Source of the DNA: a virus
Lineage: Duplodnaviria > Caudoviricetes
Virus record (IMG/VR): IMGVR_UViG_3300045285_000136
Location: 2,816-66,815 of that record
Length of the DNA stretch: 64,000 nucleotides
Direction: 5' to 3' (one strand)
The translations under genes and the position numbers were made by a program. This document shows, piece by piece, positions 1-10,749 of the stretch; within the stretch, counting starts at the first letter, position 1; the number at the start of each line of letters is the position of its first letter. The notes beneath the pieces are model-generated. The model saw only the letters and a program-made list of their open reading frames with translations, was not told the DNA's origin and did no database searches.

Positions 1-1728
1 CTGGGCTGCCATCGTGCCGAGGCCGGTCACGTCGGTGAGTGCGAGCTGCGCCTGCGCGGTAAACGCCGACGTGCCGTTGCCCTTCAGGAAACCGGTCAGC
101 GTCGTGGCGCCCGTGCCACCTCGGTTCACCTGAATGGTGCTGGCGTTCCAGGTGCCGGTAGCGACGCTACCCAGCGTGGTAATACTAGTCTGTCCGACAT
201 ACGCCGCGTCGATGTCCACGTTGTCGGCGAACACCGCGATGCGCCCGGCGGTACCAATCACGTCGAACGAATTGCCCGTGCGGGTAAGGCCGCCACCGGG
301 GGTAACCTGCGCCGCCTGCGAGAACTGCACCCACGTAATGGGTGTGGTACCCAGCGTGCCACCGATTGCCGAGTTGCACACCCACGAACTGTTGGAATTC
401 AGCGTGCCGTTGGCAACGAACACGTATCCCTGCGGCACCTCGGCCCAGGTATCCATGTCGAGGGCGCGGGTCCAGGCGCCAGCGACCGCGACGTAAATGC
501 CGTTGTTCTGTGCGAGCGTCTGGTCCTTCACCAGCACACGATCGTTGGCGACCGTGGTGTAGCCATCGATGTTCTGCAGGCCGGACAGGGTAAGGTTGGC
601 ACCCACCGACGCCACCTGAACGGCACCCTTAGCCGACAGGCCTGTAGCACTCTGGTCCACGTAGCGCTTGTTGGCGCCATCCTGCGGATTGACGGGATCC
701 GCCAGATTGGTGATCAGCTGGCTGTTCCAACTCACGGCAGCGGTCGGCACTGCCTGCTGGTCCTGGCGCACGCCCAGCACGAATGCCGTGGTGGCGATCT
801 GCGTAGTATTGGTCCCCGTAGCGGCGGTCGGCGCAGTGGGTGTGCCGGTGAGCGGCGGGGATACCAGGGGGGCGAAGTTGGTGGAGACGAACGCGGTCGT
901 CGCAACCTGCGTCGTATTGTTGGGATAGGTCGCCGTCGGCGCCGCCGGCGTGCCGGTGAACGTCGGCGACGCCAAGGGTGCTTTCGTGGTGTCGGATGGG
1001 TGGACGTGATCACCTCTGGCGTAAGCTGTGGCGACACCAACAGTACCCACACTGTCCATGACCGGCACGGTGGCCGACGCTATCGGCAGCGCCGCCGTCG
1101 TTGCGTAGCTCTGCGCCTTGACGAACGCGGTTGTCGCGATCGACGTGTCATTGTCGGCGGTTAACGGCGTGGGCGCCTGCGGGTCCCCAGTGAACACCGG
1201 CGAAGCCAGTGGCGCACGCGTAGCATCTAGCGGATGCACGTGGTCGTTGCGAGCGTACGTCGTGCCCGTGCCGACTGCGCCTGCACCACTATCCACCAGC
1301 GGCGTCGTCGTAGCTGGCGTCGGCACGGCACCGCCCACGGCGTAACCCTGGGATTTGACGAATGCCGTAGTGGCAAGCGACACCGATGAGTCAGCTGTCA
1401 GCGGCGTTGGCCCCGTCGGATTACCGGTGAACACCGGACTGGCGAGCGGTGCGCGTGAGGTATCGGTCGGATGGACGTGATCCGATCGGGTCCACGAAGA
1501 TGAAGCACCTGCCGACGCCGTGCCGTCCATCAACGGCACACTGCCCGAGGACAACCCCTGCCCGGCGATACCCACGATCACCGACGCGGTGCCACCGGCA
1601 CCACCCGTGCCCTCGCCATAGTACAGGATATGATCCTGCTCGTTGTACGCCAGTTCGGCGTTCGCGAGGCTGGTCGGTGCACCCGGCGCACCCGTCGTGC
1701 GACGCTTGATGCGCAGAATGTCAGTCAT
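1..1728 (-). CDS. Tail fibre protein, 3' end runs out of the window (not in ORF track)
   Basis: Manual translation MTDILRIKRRTTGAPGAP...; three [Y/W]xRxDHVHPxDxxxAPLASPxFTGxP...ATTAFV repeats; DGANKRYVD and DRVLVKDQT..NNGIYV fibre motifs; open to position 1. Confidence 0.85.
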   Translation of the reverse strand, partial: MTDILRIKRRTTGAPGAPTSLANAELAYNEQDHILYYGEGTGGAGGTASVIVGIAGQGLSSGSVPLMDGTASAGASSSWTRSDHVHPTDTSRAPLASPVFTGNPTGPTPLTADSSVSLATTAFVKSQGYAVGGAVPTPATTTPLVDSGAGAVGTGTTYARNDHVHPLDATRAPLASPVFTGDPQAPTPLTADNDTSIATTAFVKAQSYATTAALPIASATVPVMDSVGTVGVATAYARGDHVHPSDTTKAPLASPTFTGTPAAPTATYPNNTTQVATTAFVSTNFAPLVSPPLTGTPTAPTAATGTNTTQIATTAFVLGVRQDQQAVPTAAVSWNSQLITNLADPVNPQDGANKRYVDQSATGLSAKGAVQVASVGANLTLSGLQNIDGYTTVANDRVLVKDQTLAQNNGIYVAVAGAWTRALDMDTWAEVPQGYVFVANGTLNSNSSWVCNSAIGGTLGTTPITWVQFSQAAQVTPGGGLTRTGNSFDVIGTAGRIAVFADNVDIDAAYVGQTSITTLGSVATGTWNASTIQVNRGGTGATTLTGFLKGNGTSAFTAQAQLALTDVTGLGTMAAQ

Positions 1729-1763
1729 CAGCAGGTTCCCTTACGGTACGAGATCGTTGTCAT

Positions 1764-2093
1764 TCAAAAATTACCTCCGTCTATCAGATCGTTGGTCACG
1801 TCCACCACCACCCAGGCAGCGGTGTTGCGGCCATAGGTGCTCCCGTCCTGCGGCGCGTCCGGCAGGCCCCCGGCACCACTACGGGCATCCACGTAGCTCT
1901 TACTCGCAGCATCGCTCGCTCCGATCGGGTCGCCCGCCAGGGTCAGCGAGCCGAACATTATTCCACCTTGCAAAGGCAAGAACGGCCCGTCGATCACCGA
2001 GGGATCGGTGTTGTCGAGCTTCCGCGCGAACCAGCTGTTCCACTCGTCCGCTGATGGGATGTATCCCTTGGCCCAGTTTGGCTGTTCGCTCAC
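1764..2093 (-). CDS. Short tail-fibre-associated protein
   Basis: WxxGYIPSAxEWNxW N-terminal module shared with 4746-6287; DAASKSYVD and DAPQDGSTYGR fibre motifs; GTG start. Confidence 0.7.
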   Translation of the reverse strand: MSEQPNWAKGYIPSADEWNSWFARKLDNTDPSVIDGPFLPLQGGIMFGSLTLAGDPIGASDAASKSYVDARSGAGGLPDAPQDGSTYGRNTAAWVVVDVTNDLIDGGNF

Positions 2094-2096
2094 GGC

Positions 2097-2258
2097 TTAC
2101 TCGTTGCTGACGAGCTTCATAGGGGGGTTATCGGAGATCTTGGCATCGACGATCTCCTGCAGAGCCTGCATCACCTGCATGAGCACCGGGGCTTCACCGC
2201 CTTTGATGTCCACGCGCTGTAACAGGATCATGGCGTTACGTGCGATCTCAGCGTTCAT
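2097..2258 (-). CDS. Small tail-region protein (53 aa)
   Basis: AAGGAG RBS before ATG 2258; MNAEIARNAMILLQRVDIKGGEA. Confidence 0.65.
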   Translation of the reverse strand: MNAEIARNAMILLQRVDIKGGEAPVLMQVMQALQEIVDAKISDNPPMKLVSNE

Positions 2259-2280
2259 CTGTAGCTCCTTGTTGTAAGGT

Positions 2281-4749
2281 TCATGCCAGCACCATGGCGC
2301 GGGCCTGCACGCCGAGTGAGGTGGCTTCTTGCAGTTCGACGTTGGCCAGCACGCGCGGCCAGTAGCGCACGCGCGATTTGAAGCCGTTCTGGGCGGCCTG
2401 CCGGACGGCACTCAGGTTCAACCGGTTGGTGGATACCGGCGCGGTGCCCGAGGTCGAGACGACCGCACCGCCGTTCAGGCTCCCGGTGAGCGCGCCCGCG
2501 TTGTAAGTCATCGCCGCCCGGAACGGCGTGCCGGGCAAGATCGTGTTCGCGGTGTTCACTACCGGCTGACCAACGCCGGCACTTGCCTCTACAATCTGGA
2601 AGGAAGTAGCGCCGCATCGCGCGATGGTGCAGTTGCTGATGCTGCCATCGTCGAACCCAACGATGTCCTGGTTGCCCGCGAACACCTGCTGCATGGTGCC
2701 GTCCACCGCGAACGAACCGAGCGATGCGTTGTACCACGCCGCCGTCGGCATCGAGCACAGGTCGAAGGCGCGGGCCACAGATGTGGTCGTGGTCGGGATG
2801 TAGCTGGTGGGGGCCGTGAGAAACGCCGACGTCTCCACCTGCGCGCCCCAGGTGAAGATGCCGAGGCCGGTGCTGGCGGGTGTGAAGTTTCCACTCACAG
2901 TAGTTGCGGTGGCTGGATTGGGATTGAAACCAAAAACATAAGACCCGCCGGTCGCGTTGCTGGTCGCTGTCACGGACAGCCGATACCAGCCATTCGGGTA
3001 GGGCGTGATCGAGCAGACCGTGGTTCCGCTCATCGCCACGATGGTGCCGGTCGTCAGGTCGAACAGCCCGCCAGTAGCTCCGGCAGGAAATGCGGTGTTA
3101 CCGAAAGTCACTGATACGCGCGGATAAGCGCCCGCTTTCGCGAACAAGCTGCCGCAATATGTCGTGTTTATCGTTCCACCGGCATATGATCTAAACAAAT
3201 TATGAGAACTAGCCACCGTGTCGTTAGTCACAACGCTCGTCGCGGTGTTCGTGCCATCCGGCGCAATGCCTGCATTGCCAGTCGCTAAAAGACACGCCGC
3301 TGGCGAAATTCCCCACCCAGCCGCAGACTGGTCAACGCTCGGATACGCCAGATTGGTCCGCGTCTCCTCGATCAGCAGCCCGAGCGGCGCATGCGAAATC
3401 GGATCATACCCGAACCTCGGCGCGTTGATCGCGGCGGTCTGGACCGTGCCGGTGGCATCCACGTAGGTGCCGGTCGTGGAGCGGGTGAGGGTGAGCCCGG
3501 TAGGCAGTGTCGGTCCCGTCAGGTAGAGATCCAGCAACGGCCCGCTCAGCGACGTGGCGGCCTGTAGCTCGCTGTTGGACAGCGCGCGAGGCCAGTAGGT
3601 GATGCGACGAACGCATCCGGTTGTCTGGTCACTCGCCGTGTTATCAGCGAACAGCTTATAGGTGGTAACTGTGGAAAATCCGTTCGTTAAGTTAGCTGAA
3701 GCTATAGCTCCTGCGTTTAACAACACACGCGCTGTTCCGGCCTCCCACGTCGACGCCGCTTTCGCGATAACTCCAACGGTTAATGCATTCGCAGTGAAGA
3801 CCACGTTCGATGCGTCATATATCCCGACATTGCTCGTCGTCGCGTTCATTAACAGCGGCGCGCCGCGAGACGTGCTGGTCGCTACGATGCGTCCACCAAC
3901 GGTGTTCGCACCGTTGAGGATGATCTCGGCACACCAGCTTCCAGATGTCGTGTTGTACCAGGCCCCCACCGGAAACGTCGCCGCATCCACCGCCCGCGTC
4001 ACGGCCACGGTCGTGGTGGGAATGAAGCTCGTCGCGAACGCACCAAGCTCGAACTGCGGAGCGCCGATCCGTAGCGTGACATCGACCGTCGCAGGCGGCG
4101 TCGGCGTGATAATCCTGATAAAATGCACCATCGAGGTGCCTGTCGCGGTCACCGTTCCCGTTACGGCGTACCGCTGCGTCGCGAGCGCCGCACCTGTCGG
4201 TGTAAAAAACGCACCAATTTGGTTACCGCCCGGCTGCTCCGTCGTGTTCAGACTGACCTGCAGTCCTGACAGCGAACCAGCGATCAACTTGACATACACA
4301 CTGCCCGTCCACACCTGCCCGCTGCTGGCTGGAATAATCGTGGTCGAGTCGAATATCATGTTGTTGACGACGCCAGCAGACGACGTGCCGACTAGCTCCA
4401 GGTCGATATACGTGATGCCGTTCTCAACGCCTGTGCCGATGACGTTCCACGCCACGCCCGTTGCTGATGCCTTCGTCCAGTTCGTCGGTATGGTGCCCGG
4501 TGTGCCAACAACGGCGCCGGTCATCATCGAGTTGCGGAGGCTGTTCGTTCGTGATTCTTCGATCAGCAGCCCGCGCGGCGTAAGCGCCACCGGATCATAG
4601 TCGAAGCGCGGTGCACCACTGGCTGCCGTCTGCAACGTGCCCGTCACGTCGAAATACGTGGCCGTGCTCGCGCGGGTGAAGGTGATGCTCGGATCGAGCG
4701 TCGGCCCTAGCAGGTTCAGATCAAGAGACGGTCCGATGGATCCGCTCAT
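2281..4749 (-). CDS. Head-spike/fibre-type carbohydrate-binding virion protein with two tandem modules
   Basis: Two copies of TxTRxxTxTYxDxxGxxQTAA...PRFxYDP....GLLIEExRTN, each ending YWPRxLxNxELQxATS; beta-rich CBM/ConA-like segments. Confidence 0.7.
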   Translation of the reverse strand: MSGSIGPSLDLNLLGPTLDPSITFTRASTATYFDVTGTLQTAASGAPRFDYDPVALTPRGLLIEESRTNSLRNSMMTGAVVGTPGTIPTNWTKASATGVAWNVIGTGVENGITYIDLELVGTSSAGVVNNMIFDSTTIIPASSGQVWTGSVYVKLIAGSLSGLQVSLNTTEQPGGNQIGAFFTPTGAALATQRYAVTGTVTATGTSMVHFIRIITPTPPATVDVTLRIGAPQFELGAFATSFIPTTTVAVTRAVDAATFPVGAWYNTTSGSWCAEIILNGANTVGGRIVATSTSRGAPLLMNATTSNVGIYDASNVVFTANALTVGVIAKAASTWEAGTARVLLNAGAIASANLTNGFSTVTTYKLFADNTASDQTTGCVRRITYWPRALSNSELQAATSLSGPLLDLYLTGPTLPTGLTLTRSTTGTYVDATGTVQTAAINAPRFGYDPISHAPLGLLIEETRTNLAYPSVDQSAAGWGISPAACLLATGNAGIAPDGTNTATSVVTNDTVASSHNLFRSYAGGTINTTYCGSLFAKAGAYPRVSVTFGNTAFPAGATGGLFDLTTGTIVAMSGTTVCSITPYPNGWYRLSVTATSNATGGSYVFGFNPNPATATTVSGNFTPASTGLGIFTWGAQVETSAFLTAPTSYIPTTTTSVARAFDLCSMPTAAWYNASLGSFAVDGTMQQVFAGNQDIVGFDDGSISNCTIARCGATSFQIVEASAGVGQPVVNTANTILPGTPFRAAMTYNAGALTGSLNGGAVVSTSGTAPVSTNRLNLSAVRQAAQNGFKSRVRYWPRVLANVELQEATSLGVQARAMVLA

Positions 4750-6287
4750 ACACGCGCCGCCAACACGGAGATGCCCAAATCCGCCAGCGTGGCGTCCTGC
4801 GTCGCAGCCGCCACCATCTGCAGGATATCACCCACCGCCAGCGAGCCACCCGCGCCCGCCAGGGTGGCGCTGGTCGCCGAGGCCGTGGTGATGGTGATGG
4901 TCCCCAGCGCACTGGTCACGCCGGCGACGGTGATCTTGTTCAAGGTGAACACCGCGTTCGCGGTCGCCCTGGTCACGTCATACACCACGGTGCCCGCGAG
5001 TGCCGCAGGCACGGTGATCGCCATCGGCATAGGTACATTCACCGTCGCACCCGCAGACGGCCGGCCGGCAAACGGGAAACTGATCGGCAGCTGTTGGACT
5101 TCGGCGGGGAGGTCGGAATATGCGAGCGCGCCGGCAGTGCTGCTGTCGGTTACCAGACCGTAGGATGCCAACGAGGTGAGTAAGCTGGCCAGCGCCGCAG
5201 CGTTCGAGCGGGTGCCGGTAACGGTGGGCTTGGTGATCGGTGTGGCGCCGAGGAAGCCGAGAGGGGATCCTGCGTTCAATATCCGCAGACCGCCTGTGCC
5301 GCCCGAGACAATAGTCCCAGCAAGGCCGCTCGTGGACCCAGGCGAAAGCTGTATCTGATTGCCCGAACCAAGGCCAAATATAGCGGCGCTTGAGGTAAGG
5401 ACTTGCAGAGTGGTCATCATAGTCGTTATGGAAGTGAATGTTGTCGAGGCAGAAATGGTCAACCCTCCGGTGCCGCTTGCCGCCAGCGCGATCGCGCTGG
5501 CGGTCGCCGCACCCGGCGTGATCGTCAGCGTGTTCTGTGGTAAACCGCCGATCTGCATTGCGCAGTTGCTACGGAAAATTTCAAACGCAGTACCTAAACC
5601 AACTCCGGTATCACTAAATCGTTGTATGATAAAATTAGTGCCAGCGTTACTGCCGGCTTCCGCTTCCGAGCTACCAAATATCACACCCCAACGCGGCACA
5701 CCATTACGTTGAGCTTCAAAATATCCAGTGGCAGTATTCGTCGTGGTCGTATTCCATTTCACCCCTGGCCAGCTACTTCCCGTAGCTATCAAATAGAGGT
5801 TCGCATCCGTGGCATGCGTGATCGTCACCGGACCGGTAAACGGTCCGGTCATGGCGACGTTGCCAACGATCGGCACGTAGGGTCCGCCGATCGTCGTGGT
5901 CATCTGCTGCAACGTGACGGGCTGCAACGCTTGAGTAGCATCACCGGCCAAAGTAACCACGCCCGTCATAGTACCGCCGGCCAACTTCAGGTAAGGCCCG
6001 CCGGTAACCAACGGATCGTTTATGGGCACATACCCGGACACCACCTGATTCAATTGCTGCAAGGGCACTGCATGCAACGGCTGCACCGCGTTGCCGGCCA
6101 GGGTCAGCGGCCCCTGCATGGCCGTAACGCCAGACAACGCCAGCCACGGCCCGGTGCCGAACATCGGATCGCTGGCGTCGAGCTTCATCGCCCACCACGC
6201 GTTCCACTCGGCCGCCGACGGTACGTAGCCGTCCTCCCAGTTGGGCGTCTTGCCCACGGATCCTGTGAAGGTGACGCCGTCAGGCAT
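4746..6287 (-). CDS. Tail fibre/virion structural protein (513 aa)
   Basis: Gly/Thr/Ala-rich; LHAVPLQQL and LQPVTLQQM fibre motifs; structural operon context. Confidence 0.7.
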   Translation of the reverse strand: MPDGVTFTGSVGKTPNWEDGYVPSAAEWNAWWAMKLDASDPMFGTGPWLALSGVTAMQGPLTLAGNAVQPLHAVPLQQLNQVVSGYVPINDPLVTGGPYLKLAGGTMTGVVTLAGDATQALQPVTLQQMTTTIGGPYVPIVGNVAMTGPFTGPVTITHATDANLYLIATGSSWPGVKWNTTTTNTATGYFEAQRNGVPRWGVIFGSSEAEAGSNAGTNFIIQRFSDTGVGLGTAFEIFRSNCAMQIGGLPQNTLTITPGAATASAIALAASGTGGLTISASTTFTSITTMMTTLQVLTSSAAIFGLGSGNQIQLSPGSTSGLAGTIVSGGTGGLRILNAGSPLGFLGATPITKPTVTGTRSNAAALASLLTSLASYGLVTDSSTAGALAYSDLPAEVQQLPISFPFAGRPSAGATVNVPMPMAITVPAALAGTVVYDVTRATANAVFTLNKITVAGVTSALGTITITTASATSATLAGAGGSLAVGDILQMVAAATQDATLADLGISVLAARV

Positions 6288-6925
6288 TATTGCTTACGCC
6301 TCCCATGTGCGTAATAGGGATAGGTGCGCCGAGATGATTGCTGGTCGGTATGCAGGCGCTCAGAAATATCCCGCGCGCGGTTCAGCCCCATGCGAAATCT
6401 CGTGCCATGGTACTGCGCCATCTGCGCGGACGACCAGGGTTTGGCGGGCTGTCCCGTCAGTCTGAACATCGTGCCGTCCAGCATGGTCTCGAACCACGTG
6501 GTCCAGAGTTCCGGGAACGCACCCGACTTGGATAGCGCGTCGAAGCTGGTTGGTTTCAGCACCACCCAGGCCCAGCCGGTGCGCGACCCCGTTGGCGGCA
6601 CCTGCAAATCCTCGAGTATGGCGGGTGGCACCACGCGAAAGTTGGTCAAACCATTTTGGTTGATCACCCAGGTGACCAACTGAGAGGCGCTGAACGGATT
6701 GAAATCCACCTGATACACGCCCGGTGCCATCTGCCACCAGATTTTCTCACGGAAATACAAACTCCGGATACAGAACTCCTCGATCGCGTTCCACAGCGCC
6801 AACTGTATGAGCGGGGTCGTCGTGGCCGGCAACGTCGCCAACACGTTATCATACACGCGCGTCACGCCCGGGTTGGACCCGAGCATGGAATTCATGTTGT
6901 CGGTGGGGGTGACGGTCGCGCTCAT
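6287..6925 (-). CDS. Putative head-tail adaptor/tail tubular protein A-like
   Basis: 212 aa, downstream of capsid in podovirus synteny; coupled overlaps. Confidence 0.5.
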   Translation of the reverse strand: MSATVTPTDNMNSMLGSNPGVTRVYDNVLATLPATTTPLIQLALWNAIEEFCIRSLYFREKIWWQMAPGVYQVDFNPFSASQLVTWVINQNGLTNFRVVPPAILEDLQVPPTGSRTGWAWVVLKPTSFDALSKSGAFPELWTTWFETMLDGTMFRLTGQPAKPWSSAQMAQYHGTRFRMGLNRARDISERLHTDQQSSRRTYPYYAHGRRKQ

Positions 6926-7305
6926 GATGCAACCTGCAGCAGCTGCGAGATGCTCTTGTTCATCAACGTAACAGCGCGACTATCATCAGAATAAGGATCG
7001 TCACGTAGCTCGCAACGGCCAACCACGTAGTAAACGAAAGCGTTGTAGACGCTGAAATCCAACGGGAAAGCCGCATCCATATCCGTTGACGCATTATAAT
7101 AGGGCGCACCATTGCGCAGGCCTATCAGCAGGAACACGTCCGGCCGCTTCACGCGCACCTCCAGCATGAACCCGTTGATACACTCGAACATCTCCTGGTC
7201 ACTGAAGCGCGTACCGCCAGTATCAGGACCCACCGAAGGCGGCTCCTTGTCCTGCAGCAGGGTGCGCGCTTCCTGGATCAGCGTGCGGAAGGTGCGACCG
7301 GCCAC
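6922..7305 (-). CDS. Putative adaptor protein (DUF6682-like)
   Basis: RTLIQEARTLLQD...RFSDQE...RPDVF pattern; synteny. Confidence 0.5.
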   Translation of the reverse strand: MAGRTFRTLIQEARTLLQDKEPPSVGPDTGGTRFSDQEMFECINGFMLEVRVKRPDVFLLIGLRNGAPYYNASTDMDAAFPLDFSVYNAFVYYVVGRCELRDDPYSDDSRAVTLMNKSISQLLQVAS

Positions 7306-7308
7306 GGA

Positions 7309-7719
7309 TCAGCGCCCCTTCCTCTGAGGCAGGCGGCCCTTGTTGATGGTGTTTAGCGTCTTCGTGCCGAGCTTGTTCACCGCCGACTTGCGCACGACGT
7401 ACTCGCCCTTCTGGGCAGGTATCAGCCCGTCATCCTTGCCGATGCGCGGGCCCGAGGTGCGCTTGATCTTGCCCCCGCGCGCCAGTCCGCCGGTCTGTTG
7501 GTCGGGAGGTACGGTGCTGTTATCCCCTGACGGTGGGCCCGGTGCACCCAGCTTGGCCTTCTGGGCGTCCATCAGCTTGTCGTAGTACTGGCCCTTCTTG
7601 AAGTTGGCGTAAGCGCCCGTGGCACCGCTGAAGCCCTTGCTGATACTATCGCCGAGCGAGGACGAGCTGATCTGCCCGCCCTCGTCGAAGCCCCTGCGCT
7701 TGCGTACGGGCTTCTTCAT
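7309..7719 (-). CDS. Small basic protein with FDEGG/ARGG and GEYVVRKSAV motifs
   Basis: ORF coupled to neighbours; motif resembles C-termini of phage tape-measure-like proteins. Confidence 0.65.
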   Translation of the reverse strand: MKKPVRKRRGFDEGGQISSSSLGDSISKGFSGATGAYANFKKGQYYDKLMDAQKAKLGAPGPPSGDNSTVPPDQQTGGLARGGKIKRTSGPRIGKDDGLIPAQKGEYVVRKSAVNKLGTKTLNTINKGRLPQRKGR

Positions 7720-8036
7720 TTCCGCTTCCTGATCACCTTGCGGACCTTGCCACCCTTGGCTTTACCCGGAGTATCCGGCATCCCCAGATCTCGCGTATCA
7801 GCCGCCGGAAAACGCGTAGGGTTACGCGGAGTATCCGGCATCCCCAGATCACTCTCACCCGAAGTCGGACTACGTTTCGGCTTGGTATCCAGATACATGT
7901 CCTGCCCGAACTGCTGGTACGTGCCCCCGGGTTTCACGTCGCCCGGTGCGACACGCACGAACCGGCCATCGCCGACTTGTCCGCCCTCGGCGTAACCCTT
8001 GCGCTTCGCCGGGGCTTTCTTGACCGGACGCTTCAT
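7716..8036 (-). CDS. Small basic protein with YAEGG/AKGG motifs and DLGMPDTP repeat
   Basis: ATGA overlaps on both sides. Confidence 0.65.
   Translation of the reverse strand: MKRPVKKAPAKRKGYAEGGQVGDGRFVRVAPGDVKPGGTYQQFGQDMYLDTKPKRSPTSGESDLGMPDTPRNPTRFPAADTRDLGMPDTPGKAKGGKVRKVIRKRK
7767..7850. repeat. 24-bp direct repeat CGGAGTATCCGGCATCCCCAGATC x2 (7767, 7827)
   Basis: Exact copies 60 bp apart; encodes DLGMPDTP twice. Confidence 0.9.
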
Positions 8037-8263
8037 CGCCGGCCCCGCTTCGTCTTCCCCTTGACCTTGCCCCCCTTGCTGAACCCCATAGGAGAGGCGC
8101 CACCGCCCATGCCGCCGGCCATACCCGGTGGTGGGCCCCCACCGGGCGGACCCGCGCTGGGTGGCATCTGAACGGGCGGCGGCGGCAACGGCGGGGGTGC
8201 CTTGCGCTTCGGCGATGCGCCCTTCTTAGGACCAGCGCCGCCAAATGGCGGTGGACGTGCCAT
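8033..8263 (-). CDS. Small Pro/Gly/Lys-rich protein with FSKGG motif
   Basis: Coupled ORF in capsid operon. Confidence 0.6.
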   Translation of the reverse strand: MARPPPFGGAGPKKGASPKRKAPPPLPPPPVQMPPSAGPPGGGPPPGMAGGMGGGASPMGFSKGGKVKGKTKRGRR

Positions 8264-8448
8264 TACCGTTTCCCTTTCCCGAACATCGTGCGCTGGTTGG
8301 GCCGGCCCATGTTACTCTGGCCCGCCTTGTCCTCAGCTTTGTCCTTGCCCGTGCGCTCGTAGGCCTTCAGCGAGACGCCCAGCTTGCGGGCGCCCGCCTT
8401 GTCCTGCCGAACGTCCTTGGGCGAACCCTCGTACGTGCGCTTGGCCAT
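8263..8448 (-). CDS. Small basic protein (61 aa)
   Basis: MAKRTYEGSPKD...; RBS supplied by the palindrome at 8456-8470. Confidence 0.65.
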   Translation of the reverse strand: MAKRTYEGSPKDVRQDKAGARKLGVSLKAYERTGKDKAEDKAGQSNMGRPNQRTMFGKGKR

Positions 8449-8455
8449 GAGAGGA

Positions 8456-8470
8456 TTACTCCCGGAGTAA
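8456..8470. promoter_or_regulatory. Perfect 15-bp palindrome TTACTCC-C-GGAGTAA (putative operator/RBS)
   Basis: Between capsid stop and next ATG; one of 28 copies. Confidence 0.75.
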
Positions 8471-8471
8471 G

Positions 8472-9413
8472 TTAACCCCTGATGGCATACAGCTCGGCAA
8501 TCGCAATGCCGTCGAGCACCTTGGCGCCGTACACCTGCAGCCCGCGCAAGAGCGTGGAGAACGAACGCTCCGAACGCATGGTCTCCATCTTGGTGATCTG
8601 GCTGGCGAACGTCAGCCCGTGCGGATGCCCTGCGAAGATCCGGAACGCATTGGTCGCGCCCTCGGTCGCCGTCGGCAGCAGGTTCGACGAGTAGAGCGTG
8701 AACCGGTCGATCATCCCCAGGCGCCCGTTGCGCATGAGGGACACGCCGTCGCCCGAAATACTCGCGTTGCGCAGATCGCTCTTCTTGATGAGCGCCGCCA
8801 CCCATGGCGGGATGACGATCCAGCGCCCCGTCTCCGGGATGTTCTGCTCGTCCAGACACGTGCCCAGGTCCACGATCGAGTCCAGCACGTTGATCGGTGT
8901 GAGCGCGATCGGCGCACCCGTCGCACCAAGGTTGATGTTCAGCGAGATTTTGCCCGCCGTGGCGCCCTTGTTGGAGACGTTCACACCTGGATCGATCAAG
9001 GTGAGCACACCCGTGTCGATGACGATCTTCATCTGCTCGGCGGCATCATCGGACCACAGCGAGAGCAGGTTGATATCCGACTGCACCTCCATCACGTCGT
9101 CCAGCGCCTCGTTGAAGTACTTGGCGAAGTCGATCGTGAGGTCGACGATGTTGGACGACGGCCGCTCGACCAGCAGATCCTGGTTGACCTGATAGTCCCG
9201 GATCGTGATCGTGGGCTTCGTGCGAATATGCACGGTGTCGCCCATGTTCTTGATCTCGCCCTCGTAATCCGTGTTGGCGATCGCGCTCAGCACAGTGGCG
9301 GCGTAGAACTTCTCGATCAGTTTTCCGGACCAGATCTCCGGGATGAACGTCCCATGATAGGCAGGATTCTGGTTGGTCCCCACAAACGGCGTCGTGGCAA
9401 TGGTAATTGCCAT
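8472..9413 (-). CDS. Major capsid protein (P22-coat-like, HK97 fold)
   Basis: FIPEIWSGKL...YEGEIKNMGDTVHI...LRGLQVYGAKV; follows scaffold. Confidence 0.9.
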   Translation of the reverse strand: MAITIATTPFVGTNQNPAYHGTFIPEIWSGKLIEKFYAATVLSAIANTDYEGEIKNMGDTVHIRTKPTITIRDYQVNQDLLVERPSSNIVDLTIDFAKYFNEALDDVMEVQSDINLLSLWSDDAAEQMKIVIDTGVLTLIDPGVNVSNKGATAGKISLNINLGATGAPIALTPINVLDSIVDLGTCLDEQNIPETGRWIVIPPWVAALIKKSDLRNASISGDGVSLMRNGRLGMIDRFTLYSSNLLPTATEGATNAFRIFAGHPHGLTFASQITKMETMRSERSFSTLLRGLQVYGAKVLDGIAIAELYAIRG

Positions 9414-9438
9414 GTTGAGTTGCTCCTATGAGACAAAG

Positions 9439-10485
9439 TTATTGCCTCACGCGGCCCTCCCGTCCCGCTGCGATGATGTCGGCCTCGATGCGCTCGGCGT
9501 CTGCTTCGCGACCGCGCCATTCACCTCGGCCTTTGCGCCGGTAGAACTGCGTGATCTCCGCGCCCGACCAAATGCGCCTGTCAGGAGCGCCCGGCGCTGG
9601 TGGCGTGGTGGGGCCACGCCCAGGCGCCGCCAATGACTCGAGGGGTAACCGGTCCGCAGGTGGGGAGCTGCCACCCGTCTGGTTCGGTTGTGTCCCACGT
9701 GGCGGATCCACCAGGGTCTGCTCGTTCTTGAAGGCTTGGAAGAACGCGATAGTACGCGCGGCATCGCCACGCGTGTGGGCATCAGTGATCATAGCTTTAC
9801 GGCTATTGCCACTGAACGGGTCGATCTGGCCAAGCCATGTGACGAAGCCAGGGTCGATATTTATCTGCTGCCAGTCGGGAACGGCGCGATCCAGCGCCTG
9901 CTCGACCGACTGTGCAGCAGAACGTGTTTCTATACGATGGGTGTTACCCTCAAGCTGGCGTATGCGTGTCTCGAGCCGCTCGATCAGGGGCTCGTTCCAG
10001 CGCTGGGTCGCCTTGATCAGATCCTCGCCGTAGGCCTCGATGTCTTCCTCGGGGATCTTGTGATTGGCGCCGGGCGGCATGCTGGGCTGGGGCGTGGGCG
10101 CTGGCATAGACTCGGCAGGCGGTGCCGTACGCATGCTGCCGATAAGGTTCTCGAGCGACCTCACCTGACCCCGCAGCTCGGCTATCTCGGTATTGTATTT
10201 GCCCTGCAGCGTGCTGTAGCGCTGCTCCCAGTCGGTGTGCGCGGGGGTGGGTGGCGGCGACGTGCCAGGAACGCTGGCGTCAGGAGCGCCAGCAGGGATA
10301 TCCCCCATATCCCCAGCATTATCCCCAGGAGCGTCAGCAGTCCCGTCGTCATCCTGAACACCCTGTACGGCCGCAGCAGCCGCCTCGGCATGTAGTTCAT
10401 CTGCGCGCGCCGACGAACGTCGCACCGCGTCAGGGATATGATTGGCGTAGAGAGCCGTATTGGTCGGGCTGGCCGTCTCGGACAC
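9439..10485 (-). CDS. Capsid scaffolding protein
   Basis: Acidic, disordered N-terminus, coiled coil (WEQRYSTLQGKY), directly upstream of capsid. Confidence 0.75.
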   Translation of the reverse strand: MSETASPTNTALYANHIPDAVRRSSARADELHAEAAAAAVQGVQDDDGTADAPGDNAGDMGDIPAGAPDASVPGTSPPPTPAHTDWEQRYSTLQGKYNTEIAELRGQVRSLENLIGSMRTAPPAESMPAPTPQPSMPPGANHKIPEEDIEAYGEDLIKATQRWNEPLIERLETRIRQLEGNTHRIETRSAAQSVEQALDRAVPDWQQINIDPGFVTWLGQIDPFSGNSRKAMITDAHTRGDAARTIAFFQAFKNEQTLVDPPRGTQPNQTGGSSPPADRLPLESLAAPGRGPTTPPAPGAPDRRIWSGAEITQFYRRKGRGEWRGREADAERIEADIIAAGREGRVRQ

Positions 10486-10488
10486 GTC

Positions 10489-10749
10489 CTATCCCTTACC
10501 CACTGTCTGGCGTGGTTTCACCTGAGCCACGTGCTGTCCGTACATGTGTGAATGTAGGGCAAGCCATACGTCGTAGATACCACGGATGTAGGCGGTGGTA
10601 TCCACGCGGTCGGGATGGGGCGCGTTAAGAGCAGCCACCGTCCGGATGGACGCGAAGTCGCCCAGGGCGTCCACGAACCGCCGGAAGTCAGCGTTGCCGC
10701 GTAGCTCGGTGACACACTGCAGTGCATCGTTGCCAAGGTTTATCGCCAC
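10489..10749 (-). CDS. Hypothetical protein between portal and scaffold
   Basis: 86-aa helical ORF in typical synteny. Confidence 0.6.
   Translation of the reverse strand: MAINLGNDALQCVTELRGNADFRRFVDALGDFASIRTVAALNAPHPDRVDTTAYIRGIYDVWLALHSHMYGQHVAQVKPRQTVGKG

Noticed and set aside
1728-1763. 11-codon mini-ORF MTTISYRKGTC bridging two fibre genes
   Set aside because: The downstream gene has its own AAGGGA RBS and there is no canonical slippery heptamer; likely incidental
2281-4749. Duplicated halves and fibre repeats as DGR template/variable repeats
   Set aside because: The halves are highly diverged rather than adenine-specific variants, both are coding, and there is no reverse transcriptase in the window
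8456-8470. Palindrome as host CtrA box
   Set aside because: CtrA binds TTAA-N7-TTAA; this motif is TTAC-N7-GTAA with a conserved inner sequence
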